Of a stretch of DNA of 64,000 nt, positions 47,193 through 57,267 are shown piece by piece; position 1 is the first letter of the stretch, and each line of letters opens with the position of its first letter. The position numbers were made by a program, and so were the translations under genes. Origin of the DNA: a virus (Duplodnaviria; Heunggongvirae; Uroviricota; Caudoviricetes); the IMG/VR virus record IMGVR_UViG_3300026289_000086; one strand, written 5' to 3'. The notes below the pieces were generated by a model. The model saw only the letters and a list, made by a program, of their open reading frames with translations, was not told where the DNA came from and did no database searches.

Positions 47193-48926
47193 TCATTCCC
47201 TCCACCAGCCTTTGCCGGCTTTGTAGTTGAATCCCCACCGGCGTAGTGCGTATGCGACCGCTCCGATGCTTTCGTCAGTCCGGACCCACAGCGCCCCGCC
47301 CTTCGGGCGCAAGTCCTCGATAGAAACTCTCCAACTAGCGGCAAATTTCGCAAGGCCTGCCATGCTTACTGAGGCGGACAAGTCGTCCGCGCCGGTCTGC
47401 TCGGCGACGACGCGCTTGGCCGCAGGCTTCGTCCTAGGCTTGAATGATTGGCCGAGTCTGCGGGCGGACTCCTCGGGGCGATGACCGATAAGCGGGCAGA
47501 TGACGTAGTCAAACTTCTGTTCCCAGGTCAGCCCAGCGCTCTCGCTGTCCCTGTGAATCAGTCGGTCGATGTGGTTCCGGTTTTTCAGTCCGTGGATCGA
47601 AATGCTCGAGCGTTCTTTGCTGGAGCGGAGCTTCTGTGACAGGGTTGAGGGGATCGACTCCCATCGGAACAGGTAGAACGCGTTGCCCTTGGCCCCGAAC
47701 TCGACGGCCAGATACTCGCCGACTCTCATGATGAACGCGTTGTTATCCGCTGTAGTCTGGTCTAGGTCGAGCAGCAGGCCTTGCGCCCTTTGGCGGAAGT
47801 CATCGAACTCCTCGCCGCGGCGGGACTGGGTGTCGGCCCCAAGAGCGAACCACATGTCGCCGACGAAGGGCTCGAAGCGCAGCCAGTAATCGAGCCTGCG
47901 TGTATCGCCGATCCCATCCGCGCTCAGCAGTTCGAAGAAGTCGCGGATCAGGCGACGCTTGAGCCATCCGTTGATCATTTCCCGCGCCCCGTCGTCGGGG
48001 CGGCCCCTAGAGTCAACGACTGCAGAGTCCCATGCCGCTCGGCGCAGCCACGGATTCCCAATGATCGAGACTGCTGCGTCGCGTAACGCCATTTGTTCAG
48101 TTGTCGCCAAACAACGCGAATAGCGCGACGTCAGGAGGGCCACGCACTTAATCCGCAAGGCCTTCGGGATGAATACGTCGCCCTTACCTGTGGCAATCGG
48201 CAAAAGCTTGTCGAGCACCGACTTGAAATCCTCCTCGCCTAGTTTCGAGGCAGACCTCATACGCGAATAAACCGCTTCTTGCCTGACCCACGAGTCGGTT
48301 GGAATAGCCAGCGATTCGACGGCGGAGTTCAGAGACGAGGTATCGCCTTGCAGCAGGGCTGGGCCGTATTTTTCGCACGGATCCGAGCCAAGCAGGTTCG
48401 AGTGTTCGGCAAGCGGCGTCATCCATCCTGGCTTGCGACCTGCCGCTTTCTCCAGCGAGTGGCGCTTCCGTTCGAGCCACGCGCCCACGGCTCTGAAGCC
48501 CTCGACGGCAACCACGTCGGTCGATTCGGCGTGCAGGGGGAATGTCCAGTAGCCCCGTAGCAACGCCTGGAGGCATTTGGTCTGCCGTCGAGTGTCCCCC
48601 GCAGCATCGGCGGCAGCGAGTAGTTTTCCCCGAAGCCTGTCGTCCGAAATCAGGATACGTCCGCGGTCGTCCAGACTGCCAGCCCCGAGGCAAACATACT
48701 TGAGCTCACGAAAGCTAGCGGCTATTCCCGTACGGCGGAATGCGGCAACGGCGGCGGACATCGCTCTCGGGTCGGACGGCGGGGCCGGTGCGTCGAACAC
48801 GGCCCGCACTTGGCTGATCATGCGCTTGGTAGCAGCGTCATCGGTCCATGCATCATGATGCGCCGCCGGGATCGGGATGAAAGTCGCCCGCAGCCGCGAG
48901 CGCAGGACTGCGATCGATTCGATCAT
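47193..48926 (-). CDS. zorC: ZorC (Zorya type I)
   Basis: A ~577-aa protein between zorB and zorD. The likely start is the ATGA overlap with the zorB stop (48926) rather than track start 48989. Size and context are as in E. coli type I Zorya. Confidence 0.65.
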   Translation of the reverse strand: MIESIAVLRSRLRATFIPIPAAHHDAWTDDAATKRMISQVRAVFDAPAPPSDPRAMSAAVAAFRRTGIAASFRELKYVCLGAGSLDDRGRILISDDRLRGKLLAAADAAGDTRRQTKCLQALLRGYWTFPLHAESTDVVAVEGFRAVGAWLERKRHSLEKAAGRKPGWMTPLAEHSNLLGSDPCEKYGPALLQGDTSSLNSAVESLAIPTDSWVRQEAVYSRMRSASKLGEEDFKSVLDKLLPIATGKGDVFIPKALRIKCVALLTSRYSRCLATTEQMALRDAAVSIIGNPWLRRAAWDSAVVDSRGRPDDGAREMINGWLKRRLIRDFFELLSADGIGDTRRLDYWLRFEPFVGDMWFALGADTQSRRGEEFDDFRQRAQGLLLDLDQTTADNNAFIMRVGEYLAVEFGAKGNAFYLFRWESIPSTLSQKLRSSKERSSISIHGLKNRNHIDRLIHRDSESAGLTWEQKFDYVICPLIGHRPEESARRLGQSFKPRTKPAAKRVVAEQTGADDLSASVSMAGLAKFAASWRVSIEDLRPKGGALWVRTDESIGAVAYALRRWGFNYKAGKGWWRE

Positions 48927-49657
48927 CTGCTGGGGACCGGGCATTTGGAGTCCTCGTCCCAAGGAATGTCGGGTGGTGGCGTGTCGCATTTGCTTTGGCC
49001 GGCGGGGCAGAGTTCCTTGAACTCGAGCCGGAGCTCGACTCGGCGGCTTTCCTCAGGGATTTTCTTGATCGAGTTGAAGGACGACCCGCCGACGAGGAAC
49101 AGCGTGCGGATCATCTTCCGGTCGTCGACGCTGGGGGCATCGGCGGCGCTCGCATCCAGAAGCACGCAAAGCATTCGTTGAGACCGCTCCAAACTAAGGT
49201 TCAGGTTGTAGAGGTAGGAGCCCTCTTGGCTCGCGAAGCCCTCGACGACAACTCGCTTGAGCCACTTCTGGCAGCTTTCGTGGCGGGCGACTTCGAGAAC
49301 CTTCGGAACGAACCTGCGCAGGAACACCCTGCGTTCGGATGTGAGGTCATTGCCGTCTTTTTTGAACTCGGCAAGGGAGCCGAACTCGATCGCGTGTCCG
49401 CGCACCATCACTCCCTTGAACTCGGGCCTCTGGGTAATTCTCTCGATGTCGGTGATGCACGCCCGGATCGTTTCGTCTCGATCCTTCTTCTCCTGCTCGA
49501 TTTCACGAAGCCCTTGTGTGACAGCCATCAGAGCGACGGCCATGGCAACGAGGAAAAGCACCATAAGCGCCGTCATCAGGTCGGAGAACGATATCCAGAA
49601 CGGCTTCTCGGCCTCGTCCTTGGAGGAGGTGCGCCGCGGTGTCTTGATGCCGAGCAT
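48923..49657 (-). CDS. zorB: ZorB: MotB/TolR-like protein with OmpA-like peptidoglycan-binding domain
   Basis: N-terminal TM with a conserved Asp ('ISFSDLMTALMVLFLVAM') and a C-terminal OmpA-like region. Overlaps the zorA stop. Confidence 0.75.
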   Translation of the reverse strand: MLGIKTPRRTSSKDEAEKPFWISFSDLMTALMVLFLVAMAVALMAVTQGLREIEQEKKDRDETIRACITDIERITQRPEFKGVMVRGHAIEFGSLAEFKKDGNDLTSERRVFLRRFVPKVLEVARHESCQKWLKRVVVEGFASQEGSYLYNLNLSLERSQRMLCVLLDASAADAPSVDDRKMIRTLFLVGGSSFNSIKKIPEESRRVELRLEFKELCPAGQSKCDTPPPDIPWDEDSKCPVPSR

Positions 49658-49663
49658 GGGGTC

Positions 49664-51667
49664 TTACCTCTTCGCTGGCAAGTCGTCGAGGGTGTCTCCA
49701 AGGTCCTTAATGGCTCCAGAGAGCAGGCCCACCGCGTCGCCGAGCTCCTTCTGGAATTGGCGGTTGCCCTCGCGCAGGGTGCGCGTGACGTTTTCGGCAA
49801 ACGACTCGTGAGCCTTGCCGAGGACGTCGCTGACGGCTTCGAGGTATTCCCCGGACTGCTTTTCCGCAGCGGCGAGTTGCATGGCTGCCTCTTTAAGGGT
49901 TTTAACAATCTCGGAAGTCATTGAGGCCTCCTTGCGGGCGTTCTCCACGATCGACTTCATTTCCGAGACCATCGTGGCGAACGAGTCGCGCGTTCTCCCG
50001 TAGTCGGCGACGATGTCGCAGGCCGCGTTGGTGGCCGACGCGAGTGTGCCGGAAGACTCGCGGATCAATTCCACGGCGGCCGAGGACGAACGCATCGTCT
50101 CGGAGACACCCGATCCTGCCTTAGCAAAATCGGAGGCCGCGACGTAAAGTGTTTCGGCCCCTTGGTTGAGTCTGTTGATCGCCTCGGTCGTGGCCGATGA
50201 CAGGCGCGCGATCGTGTCCTGCAAGGACTTGGTCGTTTCGACCGACTGGGCGAGAAGGGCCTCGGTTTGTTGGGAAAGTGATCCGATCGCCCTGCCGGTG
50301 CTCTCTTCGAAATTCAGCTGGCGGCGTCCTTGGGAGACGGAAGCCTCCTCGGCTTGCCTGCGTAGTTCGCTGACGGCGGCCGCAACCTGCACGCCCATCG
50401 TTGAGAGGGCCTCCTGCATTTTCTTTCCCGTCTCCGACTGGGACTCTGAGGTCATCGAGCGCAGTTGCTCGACGAATTCACCCATCTGCTTGTTCATGAT
50501 CTGCTGGCGGGCCTCCATCGAGGTGATGGCGTGATTGAGGCGGTCGGTCATCGAGTCGACGGCATTCTTGCCGGCAGAATCCATTCCCTCGGCGAGCCGT
50601 GAGAACTGGGAGGCTGTGTCGCGCATGGCGTCGCTAGTCTGGCGCAGAAGGTCGCTCATTCCCTGCATCTGGCCACCAAACATTTCACGCATTTGCGCCG
50701 AGAAGCTTGATAGCACGTCCGTGAGCATTTTGTTGAGGGCGTCGCCTTGGCTGGCACTGACCCCCTTTACCGCTTCGGCAATCACGGTGATGGGCTCTCC
50801 GAGGTGATCACCGATGGCCTTGCCGACATCGACGGAAATTTGCCTCGTGGCGCGGGCGTTCTCTTCGACCTGTCGAGCAGTTATCTCCGACAGAATTTCG
50901 CGCAGGTCCGCCACGAGGGCATCCTTAATCTGCAAGGCTTGCGTCGCCTGCGTTTCGGAGGCAACCACTAGACGCTCGAGGTATTCCTCACCGGCTCCCC
51001 CATCGAACATGCTGTCGATCAGGTGGCAAAGTTCCTCGACCTGCCGATACCGGGCAGTCACAAGGGACTTCTCAATCCATGTAAAGAGCATCGCCAGGGC
51101 GATTGCGGTAGCAGAGACGAAGAACGCGTGTCCAACAGCTTTGACCAGATTGCTCAACTCCGTTTGTGCCAGTTCTGGGTTAATCGATACGTTAAAGTCG
51201 ATCAGACCAAGGATCAGGCCGGAAAACGTTCCGATAATGCCGAGGCCGGTCAGAATTCCGGGGACGTGCTTGTAGAACTCCGTTTTGAGGGGCGAGTCGA
51301 CCACGGAGTGCTCGGAGAAGAAAATTTCGGACAGCGCGGTCGCCCGCCAGCGTTTGACTCGCATGAGCCCGTTGCCATCGTCGGCGCGTTGTGGGTGCAG
51401 GGTCTCGGTGTATTCGCTCCAAAGATGCGCCAAGCGGGGTTCAATCATTGCCTCTCTTGCGATTTCATCCAAATCGACCGCCATCCCGGCGGCCTTCGTC
51501 TTGGTTTGCGAGATGGCTTTGATGACTTTCGCGAGCGCTCCGCCAAGGCGCAGTGCCGGAAGCATGAAGCGGAACACGAATCCGAATGAGACAATGGCGA
51601 TAATCGCGCCGACGGTCCAAACGTGCCAATTCTGCGAAAAAACGACCAAAATCTCGTTCGTTGCCAT
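49664..51667 (-). CDS. zorA: ZorA: MotA/ExbB-like proton-channel protein with long coiled-coil tail
   Basis: N-terminal TM, then 'GILTGLGIIGTFSGLILGL' and 'FFVSATAIALAMLF' (a MotA/ExbB-type TM core), followed by ~450 aa of coiled coil. Confidence 0.8.
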   Translation of the reverse strand: MATNEILVVFSQNWHVWTVGAIIAIVSFGFVFRFMLPALRLGGALAKVIKAISQTKTKAAGMAVDLDEIAREAMIEPRLAHLWSEYTETLHPQRADDGNGLMRVKRWRATALSEIFFSEHSVVDSPLKTEFYKHVPGILTGLGIIGTFSGLILGLIDFNVSINPELAQTELSNLVKAVGHAFFVSATAIALAMLFTWIEKSLVTARYRQVEELCHLIDSMFDGGAGEEYLERLVVASETQATQALQIKDALVADLREILSEITARQVEENARATRQISVDVGKAIGDHLGEPITVIAEAVKGVSASQGDALNKMLTDVLSSFSAQMREMFGGQMQGMSDLLRQTSDAMRDTASQFSRLAEGMDSAGKNAVDSMTDRLNHAITSMEARQQIMNKQMGEFVEQLRSMTSESQSETGKKMQEALSTMGVQVAAAVSELRRQAEEASVSQGRRQLNFEESTGRAIGSLSQQTEALLAQSVETTKSLQDTIARLSSATTEAINRLNQGAETLYVAASDFAKAGSGVSETMRSSSAAVELIRESSGTLASATNAACDIVADYGRTRDSFATMVSEMKSIVENARKEASMTSEIVKTLKEAAMQLAAAEKQSGEYLEAVSDVLGKAHESFAENVTRTLREGNRQFQKELGDAVGLLSGAIKDLGDTLDDLPAKR

Positions 51668-51692
51668 ATTCGTATTATTCTTTCATTGTTCT

Positions 51693-51739
<47 letters not shown>

Positions 51740-52004
51740 ACCGGCTATCTCCCGAACCGCAGGCTAGCCGATTTTTTCCTCCGCCCTGACCGACTCGCTA
51801 CGTACCTACGCCTAAAACTTTCCAAGTTTGGCGCTTGCCGAAGGCTGCGAGCCTATGATAATAGCAACTTCACCCGAAAATATTTCTTGTAAATACAAGC
51901 CGAATTCGGGGGGTTACCCAAGCACCGTAGTTGCGCACGCGAGACCGGCGTGTTCAATCACTTCGTTGGGTGCACTGACGTGCCGAACTGCTTGATGCCG
52001 ACCC

Positions 52005-52817
52005 TCAGATTGGGTAGGACCGGAGGCGAGAGACCTCCGGCCATCCGGGACCGCTCGTCCCGAGACGACGCACGACCTTGCCAATAAAAAGTTCCACCTC
52101 GGCAGCACTCGGCACGATGAAAGGGCCAACGAGACGGCCGTCTGTCACCTCCGTCGTCCGTCCTCGCGAAAGCCGATAAACGAACGCCGCCAGGTCGGAG
52201 TTATTGCGCTTGTGGTTGCCAGGCTGTGTCTCACTCGTGACGAATTCATGCACGAGCATGACCGCGCGGGAGTAACCCTTTCGCTTTGCCTCAGACACCG
52301 CCCCAGCGCAGGCGGTAAGTAGTTGGTAGCGCAGTTCGCCTAGCCGTGGCTCGCCTTTGACGCGCGGACCGAACAAGGAAAGAACCAGTTGTTCAACACG
52401 GGCGACCCCGTTCGACCGCGGGTTCCCAAGGCGGCGTTCGAGTGCATCGGCCAGCGTTTTCGAGACCTCGTCTCCGTACGGCTCGTCCGCCTTGGCCTCG
52501 ACAGCAAGCAGATAGGGACCGATTGCGTCGATCACATAGACCACAAGGTCGCTATTCCTCGGCTCACCGGGGAATCTGTCGAAACGTAGCTTGGCTTCTG
52601 GCTCAGCTTCCCAAGATAGAACCGCGCCAAAGCTACTGTGGGCTGCCAAGGAACTCGCGACTTCAGGCGGCAAAGCCGTTCCTCCTCCCTCCAGCCAAGC
52701 GCGGGCGACTTCTTTGGCACTCCTCCCATCGACCCAGTGGTAGTGGGCCTTCGGTGGAGCATACGTCTCCCAATCAGAGAGAGACGCGATGACGTGACCA
52801 GCTTTTGCGATTGGCAT
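52005..52817 (-). CDS. PD-(D/E)xK nuclease-fold hypothetical protein
   Basis: The sequence 'SDLVVYVIDAIGPYLLAVEAKADE' gives a D...E-x-K core on a β-strand pattern. 270-aa stand-alone gene next to Zorya. Confidence 0.45.
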   Translation of the reverse strand: MPIAKAGHVIASLSDWETYAPPKAHYHWVDGRSAKEVARAWLEGGGTALPPEVASSLAAHSSFGAVLSWEAEPEAKLRFDRFPGEPRNSDLVVYVIDAIGPYLLAVEAKADEPYGDEVSKTLADALERRLGNPRSNGVARVEQLVLSLFGPRVKGEPRLGELRYQLLTACAGAVSEAKRKGYSRAVMLVHEFVTSETQPGNHKRNNSDLAAFVYRLSRGRTTEVTDGRLVGPFIVPSAAEVELFIGKVVRRLGTSGPGWPEVSRLRSYPI

Positions 52818-53204
52818 GGAGATTGAGGGCGGTGTGTAATCGGATTTATCTGGCGCCCAGAAGTGGCCGGACTGAGGCGCCGAGGGCGATGTTGATCACG
52901 ATTGTAGCCCACGTCTCGGAAGCCCAAAGCTCCTTTTCAGGCAGCTTCGAATCGTTCCGGTATCAGCCAGCACGACCACCGATCCCGAACTGCAACCTCT
53001 GCCCGGCCCATTCCACCGGAAATGCCCGCGCGACTGCCTTGATCATGGTGTTGTCGATGGTCGCCATCGGCGCCGGATTTCCGTACGTGCCATCGGGTAG
53101 AACGATCACCTTGCGCCCGCCTCGCTTCTTGAAGGTCATGGGGATATCGACGGAGACGACTTCTGCCGAGGTGACTTCTGCCCTGGTGGCCATCACGCTG
53201 CCTT

Positions 53205-54316
53205 CTTGCTTTCATGCCTATCCGGTTGCCACAGGTTTGCGATGATTTGCGGAAACGGGATTCTTGCTCACGCCATCGTATAGATCGCGGTAAGTCGGGG
53301 CTTCAACCCGTGCGGCGATTTCCAGCACGCTATCAAATGCCACCATTGGCCAGAACCGACGGTTGAAGCGAAAAACGAATTCGTTGAGATAGGCCTGCAA
53401 ATGCTTTGGACTGACTCCGTGGTGGCTACCCAACAACCAGGCATCCAGGTTCCCGAACACGATGTGGATTATCGGCAGGTGAGCTTCGGTTTTCGCTTGG
53501 TCGCCTTGTATAGCCAGCGGGTCGTGGCGATATCCCAGTTTGGTAAGGTTGTCGTAGCCGGTCCACCCATCTGTACGGACAGCGGACCCTGGAGATACGG
53601 CCGAGATAACGAAAGACTCCAACTCCTTTCGGCTTCGTCCCGGCGCGACTTCGAGACGAAGGCGGCCAGCAATAAAACCTCGACCGTGCCCACCTTTGTG
53701 TTTGGTCTTCGCTTGCCCGGTAGGCATGTTCGGGTCAGGCCCGGGAGCCTTCGCACGCGGCCGGACCTCGACCGCGCCCACAACCAACGTTTTGTGATGG
53801 CACCCCCGACCTTCGCCTTGCGTGGCGCCACCGACCCACGTCTCGTCCAGTTCGACCGGCCATTCGCCACCGATTCCGTCACGCTCCGGACGAACCATCG
53901 CCGCTCGCAATTTATGCAGCATCTGGAAAGCGGTCTCGTAACGTCCGAGCCCAAGCTGTCGTTGAAATTGCAAAGCGCTCATTCCGGGAGTCTGGGTTGT
54001 CACAAGGTAGGCCGCCCAGAACCAGACGTGAAGAGGCTGTCGCGAGCCCTGCATGACGGTCCCGGCCGTGAGGCTGGTCTGGCGGCCGCAGCGCGAGCAT
54101 TCAAGAACACGAGGACGAGACAGAAGCCGCCACGGTTCTCCGCAATGACTACAGGCCGGGCATTTGAAGCCTTCAGGCCAGCGGATACGTTCCATGTGGC
54201 GGGCACAGGCCACCTCATCGGGAAAATACTTCTGGAATTCCAGAAGAGTCTTCGGATAGTCGGACATGCGTCAGATTGTGTCACCGGGCTCAACCTGTGG
54301 CAACCGGATAGGCATG
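53205..54316 (-). mobile_element. IS1595-family (ISXO2-like) insertion sequence with target-site duplication
   Basis: Terminal inverted repeats 'catgcctatccggttgccacaggtt' (53213-53237) and 'aacctgtggcaaccggataggcatg' (54292-54316). Flanking direct repeat 'cttgctttca' at 53205-53214 and 54317-54326 (exact IS/TSD boundary ±2). Confidence 0.75.
53218..54267 (-). CDS. IS1595-family transposase (ISXO2-like)
   Basis: N-terminal zinc ribbon 'CPACSHCGEPWRL...CSRCGRQ' and conserved 'LHVWFWAAYLVT', with a DDE core. 349 aa. Confidence 0.8.
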   Translation of the reverse strand: MSDYPKTLLEFQKYFPDEVACARHMERIRWPEGFKCPACSHCGEPWRLLSRPRVLECSRCGRQTSLTAGTVMQGSRQPLHVWFWAAYLVTTQTPGMSALQFQRQLGLGRYETAFQMLHKLRAAMVRPERDGIGGEWPVELDETWVGGATQGEGRGCHHKTLVVGAVEVRPRAKAPGPDPNMPTGQAKTKHKGGHGRGFIAGRLRLEVAPGRSRKELESFVISAVSPGSAVRTDGWTGYDNLTKLGYRHDPLAIQGDQAKTEAHLPIIHIVFGNLDAWLLGSHHGVSPKHLQAYLNEFVFRFNRRFWPMVAFDSVLEIAARVEAPTYRDLYDGVSKNPVSANHRKPVATG

Positions 54317-54337
54317 CTTGCTTTCAGGGATGACGGA

Positions 54338-54715
54338 TTAGATCAGTTCTTTCATGCCCGCGGTCTTCATGTCGATGCGCAGACCTGTGGGACTGACGGT
54401 GACACGTTCCACCAGTAATTGAATGATCCTGGCCTGCTCGGCGGGGAAGAGTTCGTCCCACACCGGCTCGATGGATTGCAGGGTCAGAATGGTTTCCTGC
54501 GCATCAGCCGTGGGATCAAGGGCCACCACTTCGCGGATGGCCTGTGACATCACCTCGGGGGCTTGCAGTACTTTGCGTACCTGGGCAATTACCGCGGCTT
54601 CCACTTCTCCCGCGGGAACCCGAGAGATCGAGCAGGCGTCCTTGCCGATCCTCAGCGAGGCGGTATTCACATGGCAGGAATCCCGCCGGTCCCTCCGGAA
54701 CATCACCGTCGCCAC
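54338..54715 (-). pseudogene. C-terminal fragment of a large serine recombinase
   Basis: The sequence 'VWDELFPAEQARIIQLLVERVTVSPTGLRIDMKTAG' is the typical C-terminal tail of large serine recombinases. The catalytic N-terminal domain is not present upstream. Confidence 0.45.
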
Positions 54716-54796
54716 AACCGCGGGCAGACGGCAGGCGTTTATCGACGAGGCTGGAATGACAGCGGTACGACACTCGCTGGGTGTCCGGATGGTTCC

Positions 54797-55150
54797 TCAA
54801 CAGGTCACGTGCAGGACAGCATTGATGTCGTCGGCTTTCAGCCGCTCCAGCTTGCCGCACACTTCCCGAGTCGGCAGGACGACCACCTCGATGCCCTTCT
54901 CCTCGGCGGCGGCATAGACAGCGGGCATGATGGGCAACGCGCCGTACATCCCCGTTCTGATGTACAGCCGTTTCCCGTGCCAAGGGATGGCTTCGTCGGC
55001 GGAAAGGGGCGTATGTCCATAAGCGGCGCGGTAGGTCTTCGAGGGTCCCTTCGCTCGCTTTCGGATGCGGCCCTGTTCGATGATGAGATCGTAGTCGTAA
55101 CGCGCGCCCTCAACCTCGATCTCGCCAAAACTCAGCATATTCATCTTCAT
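54797..55150 (-). CDS. Mth938-like domain protein (DUF498)
   Basis: From M at 55150: 'MLSFGEIEVEGARYDYDLIIEQGRIRKRAKG...GIEVVVLPTREVCGKLERL' matches the Mth938-like family pattern. The upstream part of the track ORF is unlikely to be translated. Confidence 0.5.
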   Translation of the reverse strand: MKMNMLSFGEIEVEGARYDYDLIIEQGRIRKRAKGPSKTYRAAYGHTPLSADEAIPWHGKRLYIRTGMYGALPIMPAVYAAAEEKGIEVVVLPTREVCGKLERLKADDINAVLHVTC

Positions 55151-55529
55151 CGCTGGCTCCTTGGGAGGAAGATAGGTCCAGTATAGGAAACCAAGCCAAG
55201 GAGCGAACGTTAACCGCGCTGTCTGTTGGGCAACCACGGAACAAGTCCGTCCCTGTCCACAGAATGCGCTGGCAACCCTGTGGGTAAGCGGTGGACAAAC
55301 GGTGGAAAGCCGCCTGCGACCGGCATCCTCCAAGGGAAACTCTCCGATGCCCAAGAATTAGGCGTTGCAAGCAGCAAATAGGGCAGCGCGCGGGCTCGCT
55401 CGGGAGGTGCGGGCAATGTCCTTCCCCAGTGCTCGAAGCCTTGCGGGAGCACGGTGCAGGTGGTGCGCCGCCAGTCGGGGCCTTCTGCGGGCCGCTCATC
55501 GCAGCAGAAGGCCTTGACGCTCCTCGGAA

Positions 55530-55784
55530 TTACAGTCCCTGACTCAGCTTGCCAATGATCATCTTCGCTGACTTCTTCTGATCCACTGCGCCTTCCTCCG
55601 TCGGGTTCTGCGAGTTCGATACCGCCTGACCCCGCGACGAACCCTGACGCAAGTCCCTCAAGCCGATCATCGCCAGCACTCTGAGCCGTTCCGCCCGCGC
55701 TCGTGTCGCGACTGTACCAAGATCGGCAAGCAACTCCGGGTAGGTGCCCGTCGGAATCTTCACCACAATGCGCAGCGACGACAT
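55530..55784 (-). CDS. ParR-like small DNA-binding partition adaptor (putative)
   Basis: Small basic protein immediately downstream of, and overlapping, the ParM-like gene. Possible RHH N-terminus 'MSSLRIVVKIPTGTYPELLADL'. Confidence 0.35.
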   Translation of the reverse strand: MSSLRIVVKIPTGTYPELLADLGTVATRARAERLRVLAMIGLRDLRQGSSRGQAVSNSQNPTEEGAVDQKKSAKMIIGKLSQGL

Positions 55785-55785
55785 C

Positions 55786-56760
55786 TCAAGCGCCCATCCG
55801 CCAGAACCCGCGTACGTTCGCAAAAACCGGCGCCTCCGGCGTCGACACCTTTAGCTGCGGGAACGCGTCCTTGATCGCCTCCTCAAAGAACCCCGCGCCG
55901 CCGCCCACCAGCAGCACCAGGTCAGCACTTGCGTTCTCCTTCCGTAGGGATTCCCGCAAGCGGGTGGTGACGATGGGCCCGACCTTGTCGGCAGCCTTCT
56001 TCAGGTAGGGCGCGACTTCGACCCGCTCGCCGAGAAGACGGACCTGTGGGTGTCCCTTGCGGAGCGTGTGCTCCAGACGTTCTCTGCCGACATTGCCCCC
56101 GAAATCCTGCGCGATCAGGCGAACGGCTTCATCCAGGATCACTGAAGATGCCTCCAGGCTCGTGCCACACGACTGGCGCCGCAGTTCGCCGTTACTGATC
56201 AGGACCCAGTCGACCGAGAAGAAGCCGGGGTCGACCACCAGCACCCGGCTATCTTCGATTTCCGAGGCATCCGGCAATCCCCAGACGTAGTCGACGAAGC
56301 CTCCCACAGGCTGCGGGACAACCTTGACCTCGCCCACGGTGATCTTTCGCCTCGGCGTGATTTGGTGCTCTCCCCGCATCTGCCCGGCCAAGCGCTCGCG
56401 CAACTCGGGGTTGAGATATTGAGTGACCGGTAGCCCGGTAACAAGCCGGTCGATCTGGTCCAATTCGGCAAGCAGAAGCCCGGCATGGAAGAGGGCGCGA
56501 TAAGAGTCCGTCGACGGGTAGTCCTCGTGCAACTCGCGACTCCATAGCTCGGCACGATCCGGCGATAGACCGGCGACAAACGGTGCCCCGTTCACGAGCA
56601 CGCGCAAAAAATCTTCCTCGCCGTTGCTGGCAATCTTTTCTCCGAGCCGGTCGGCCGGTGCAGCGCCTGCCGGTCGCAGCACAACCCGGGGTTCGCCACC
56701 GGGGTCTCCGCAGGCCAACTTGAGGTTGGAATAGCCGATATCGATTCCGAGAACTGTCAT
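55786..56760 (-). CDS. parM: ParM/StbA-family actin-like segregation ATPase
   Basis: N-terminal phosphate-1 motif 'MTVLGIDIGYSNLKLA', internal 'VLVVDPGFFSVDW' and 'LLVGGGAGFF' (an actin-fold ATPase), 324 aa. Confidence 0.7.
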   Translation of the reverse strand: MTVLGIDIGYSNLKLACGDPGGEPRVVLRPAGAAPADRLGEKIASNGEEDFLRVLVNGAPFVAGLSPDRAELWSRELHEDYPSTDSYRALFHAGLLLAELDQIDRLVTGLPVTQYLNPELRERLAGQMRGEHQITPRRKITVGEVKVVPQPVGGFVDYVWGLPDASEIEDSRVLVVDPGFFSVDWVLISNGELRRQSCGTSLEASSVILDEAVRLIAQDFGGNVGRERLEHTLRKGHPQVRLLGERVEVAPYLKKAADKVGPIVTTRLRESLRKENASADLVLLVGGGAGFFEEAIKDAFPQLKVSTPEAPVFANVRGFWRMGA

Positions 56761-57267
56761 GTCCGGTTTTCTCCTGGGTCACGTCATTGCCCACGTCGCC
56801 CGGGAGTGGGCAGCGAAGCCTGGCAGACGCACTGCAGGAAACCTGCAGGCACACAAGAGGAGCGTTCAACGTTCCTTCGCGCGTTCAGTGCGCCGCCAGT
56901 GCACCTGATGCTATGAAAACGGCCGGCCCAGCAGCATTCGAAAATCGACCAGGAAAGGCGCATTTCGCCGAGGCAGGGAAGAGTTCTTCAGCGGTCAGTC
57001 GCCTGCCTACACCGCAGCTTCTCCCGCTTGACGGGCGCGTTCACGGCCAGGTTGTGAAGATTTGGTCACACCCCTGAAGAAATAGGAACGTCCCGGTAGA
57101 AAAGCCGCCGGCGCGTTACGAAACTGCCCCCGCGCCGCCTTTGAACCCTCCGCGGCACTTGGACGACCATGGATTCCATGCCGAACCGGGGTGCGGACCG
57201 ATCTTCCCGACCCCACGGCGGGGCGCCTGCCCCTTTCATCGAAGATCATGCTGTGGGGAGAAACATC

